Source: Candidatus Hadarchaeota archaeon
GTDB taxonomy: Archaea > CAYQAE01 > CAYVLA01
Assembly (NCBI GenBank): GCA_964452145.1
Contig: CAYVLA010000070.1
Coordinates: forward strand, 1 to 16,270
Length of the DNA: 16,270 nt
Reading direction: 5' to 3'
Under the pieces are notes generated by a model that saw only the letters and a program-made list of their open reading frames with translations, was not told the DNA's origin and did not search any database. A program made the position numbers and the translations under genes. This document shows positions 13,891 to 16,270 of the stretch, one piece after another; the stretch's first letter is position 1, and each line of letters begins with the position of its first letter.

Positions 13891-15126
13891 GTGTATCGTG
13901 CGTCGATGAAGGTGAGCACCGTGCGAAGGCATCTATCGTCAAGGGAGAGAATGCTATCTGCGCTTGATCACGAAGAGGCAGATCACGTTCCGCTATGCTT
14001 CATGATCTACGCCGCGCTGCGGGGCAGGTGCAGAGATGACCACGAGTTCGTTGAGAGACAGCTCGAGATGGGACTGGATGCCACGGTTGCGCTTCAGCTT
14101 CCATCCTCCGAGAGTCCACCGCAGCACCGGGATCTCCCGGGCCTGCCCGTGAGGTTCCATCCTGACGTGGAGGTGAGCGAATGGCGGGAGGAGAGGCCGG
14201 GGGAGAGATATCCCCTTGTCCTCCACAAGGAGTATCACACGCCGGCCGGAGTCCTCACGACAGTGGTCAACAGGACCGAGGACTGGCCGTACGGTGATCA
14301 CGTTCCCTTCCTCGATGACTACCTGTGTCCGAGATCCAGAAAGTTCCTGATTGACGGCCCCGGTGACCTTGAGGCCCTTCGCTACTTGCTGGTTCCTCCC
14401 ACGGCGAAGGATGTTGTCGCATTCAGGGAGAAGTCTGAAGATGACAGGAAGTTCGCCGCCAGCCACGATCTGTTGGTCACTGGGGGTCGTGGAGTGGGGC
14501 TTGATGCCTCGGCTTGGCTGTGCGGCTTCCGGGGCGTCGCCCTCGCCGCCGTGCGGCAGCCAGAATTCCTTGACGAGCTGGCTGAGATCCTTCATGAATG
14601 GAACCGGCAGCGGATGAAGGTCTTTCTTGACGCGGGGGTCGACCTGTTCATCAGGCGGGGCTGGTATGAGGGCACCGATTTCTGGTCTCCTGCTCTGTAT
14701 CGCCGCTTTATACTCCCGCACGTGAGGGACGAGATCGAGATGGCCCACGAGGCAGGTGCCAGGTTCGGTTACATCATGACTAGCGGTTCGATGCCGCTTC
14801 TGGAGATGCTCGCTGATGCCGGGCTTGATGTGTTGATAGGGGTCGATCCCGTGCAGGGCAGGGGAACTGATCTGGCTCTGATGAAGAGAAAGCTGGCAGG
14901 CAAGGTATGCCTCTGGGGAGGGGTCAACGGCTTCATCACCGTGGAAACGGGAAGCAAGGATCAGATCACCGACGCGGTCACGCGGGCCGTGAAGGTGCTC
15001 GGACCATCAGGAGGCTTCATTCTATCCCCGGTGGACAACATACGTGAGAATTCCCCCAGGGCTCGTAAGGGCGTCATGGCCATGATAGGGGCCTGGAAGA
15101 AGGTGAGGGACTACCCGGTCGGCTAG
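13891..15126 (+). CDS. Uroporphyrinogen decarboxylase (URO-D/MtaA-CmuA) superfamily protein; start uncertain (13891, 13906 or 13921)
   Basis: N-terminal SSRERMLSALDHEEADHVP, WSPALYRRFILP, DAGLDVLIGVDP, KVCLWGGVN and GGFILSP are characteristic of URO-D-like TIM barrels; lacks the HemE RQAGR motif. Confidence 0.85.
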   Translation: MYRASMKVSTVRRHLSSRERMLSALDHEEADHVPLCFMIYAALRGRCRDDHEFVERQLEMGLDATVALQLPSSESPPQHRDLPGLPVRFHPDVEVSEWREERPGERYPLVLHKEYHTPAGVLTTVVNRTEDWPYGDHVPFLDDYLCPRSRKFLIDGPGDLEALRYLLVPPTAKDVVAFREKSEDDRKFAASHDLLVTGGRGVGLDASAWLCGFRGVALAAVRQPEFLDELAEILHEWNRQRMKVFLDAGVDLFIRRGWYEGTDFWSPALYRRFILPHVRDEIEMAHEAGARFGYIMTSGSMPLLEMLADAGLDVLIGVDPVQGRGTDLALMKRKLAGKVCLWGGVNGFITVETGSKDQITDAVTRAVKVLGPSGGFILSPVDNIRENSPRARKGVMAMIGAWKKVRDYPVG

Positions 15127-15329
15127 CTTCCGGAAGCGACCATCTCCCGTCTATCTCATCCGGAAGGGAATCCTTCCCCAGACTGCTTCAGACTCTGCTG
15201 GTGCGTTCCGCCATGAATAGAGGTGCCCAGCGACGGACGGGATGCGCCGACCATTATCACCACTGGCGGATTCGCTGACCCTGCCTTGGTGGTTGACTCC
15301 CAGACGCGATCCAGGGGGGGTCGGGTGCC

Positions 15330-16270
15330 CTAGGTGAGCCTTGTGGTGTCGACTTGTCGGTATATGCTCCGTCTTACCATGAGCATCCAGAGAAAGGCGC
15401 CAGAGATCATGAACGTGGCAGTCATCACAAGCCACTCTGTGACGTACACCCACAACAGTGCAGCGCCTTTCAGTTGTCTCGCTGTCTCATGTGCGTCGAT
15501 AAGGCCCTGCAGCGCCTTGCTCATCGTTGCCTCGCATTCCTCAAACTCTTGGTCTAAGTACTGCTCGATTCCCATGTGGGCGATGGCCTCGAGTTCCCAT
15601 ATTATCTCTTGAATCCTGTGTGTGCTTGCGCCAAGTTTGTCTATGAAGTCGCTCAGCGAGATGAGAACGGCGACTCTGGCTCTGAAATCGGTGAAACGGG
15701 ACTTGAGGCGATGGAACACCTCGACATCCTCGATCAACTTCCGCCCCGTCGAGTAGAGGATGATGTTGGTCAGAATGTCCGGGGCGAATACGTTGTCGTT
15801 CGAGGACTTGGGGTAACGAAAGAACCCAAGGTCCTTGTGCATGGCGTCGCCGGTCGTCATGGTCCTGCCCTCGCCGTAGTCCCACACGATCAGGTAGGGA
15901 ACATCCTGCGGCCCTGGGAAGTTGCCTACCTGCCATGCGATGACTCGCGATCCGTCGCGCGGAATGATGAACCTTGACTCGCTGCACGGGACTCTCTCAA
16001 TACCGTATGGGGCGTACGCCGTCAGGACCGGGTCCGGGAAGTCCCTGTTGACGCGTACGGTGAAGAAATTGGCCGGGCTGGCCCCGCCACCTCCACGCGC
16101 GACCACTGCAGGTGCATCATTGGGGAAGGCCAGCTGCGTGAGCGAAACGGCCCAGGATTCGTGGATCTGGGTAACTATGCTGAAGACGCTGGCATCATTG
16201 AATCCTCCTGCTCCTCCGCGTATGGCGTCGTGCATCCACTTGTCCTGTTGGGTTGTGAAGAGGTAGTACT
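15330..16270 (-). CDS. Uncharacterised single-pass surface protein, paralogue of 12335..13648; 5' end lies outside the window
   Basis: The frame stays open upstream of ATG 16235 to the window edge (YYLFTTQQDKWMHD, aligning with VWVFTDRQLKMMHD of the paralogue); shared blocks AFPNDA.AVV, STGR.L..DV...HRL.S.F.D, DFID..GA, YLDQ and LLW.Y..EW...LMVRR..YR.V..TRL. Confidence 0.88.
   Translation of the reverse strand, partial: YYLFTTQQDKWMHDAIRGGAGGFNDASVFSIVTQIHESWAVSLTQLAFPNDAPAVVARGGGGASPANFFTVRVNRDFPDPVLTAYAPYGIERVPCSESRFIIPRDGSRVIAWQVGNFPGPQDVPYLIVWDYGEGRTMTTGDAMHKDLGFFRYPKSSNDNVFAPDILTNIILYSTGRKLIEDVEVFHRLKSRFTDFRARVAVLISLSDFIDKLGASTHRIQEIIWELEAIAHMGIEQYLDQEFEECEATMSKALQGLIDAHETARQLKGAALLWVYVTEWLVMTATFMISGAFLWMLMVRRSIYRQVDTTRLT

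Noticed and set aside
13891..15126. Annotating the gene as hemE or mtaA
   Set aside because: Lacks the HemE RQAGR motif and the H-x-C zinc motif of MtaA-type methyltransferases (reads YIMTSG at the likely equivalent position); only the superfamily is supported.
15126..15329. Palindrome GCTTCCGGAAGC and hairpin GGAAGG-GAAT-CCTTCC between convergent genes as terminators; 100-aa ORF 15151-15453
   Set aside because: Short stems without U-tracts are expected by chance at this GC content; the ORF overlaps a real gene out of frame and has no motifs.

Overview
GC-rich, gene-dense window, probably from an uncultured heterotrophic archaeon. That origin is inferred from BRE/TATA-like boxes about 22-30 nt before several starts, GGTG/GGAGG-type RBSs, a stand-alone GMP-synthase ATPPase subunit, a fused ADP-forming acetyl-CoA synthetase and an NCX_Mj-like exchanger. 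Twelve real CDSs are supported, in order: a CaCA Na+/Ca2+-type exchanger; a GH29/GHL6-like glycoside hydrolase; an orphan membrane protein; a divergent GMP synthase subunit B; a divergently transcribed acyl-CoA/acetate module (Pta-N/DRTGG protein plus ADP-forming acetate-CoA ligase on the minus strand, facing a CoA-transferase fused to a Pat-type GNAT domain); a Stay-green (SGR, Mg-dechelatase family) homologue; a membrane-anchored, highly symmetric five-bladed beta-propeller; and two paralogous uncharacterised single-pass surface proteins (the second truncated at the window edge) flanking a URO-D-superfamily protein. Non-coding signals include a 21-bp tandem repeat across the exchanger stop codon, a possibly structured ~150-nt leader before the exchanger, a GTGAGG x4 tract between divergent promoters, an apparently bidirectional TATA box and a 29-bp direct repeat pair. 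No mobile element, rRNA, tRNA or true CRISPR array was seen. All family calls come from motif recognition by eye, not database searches.
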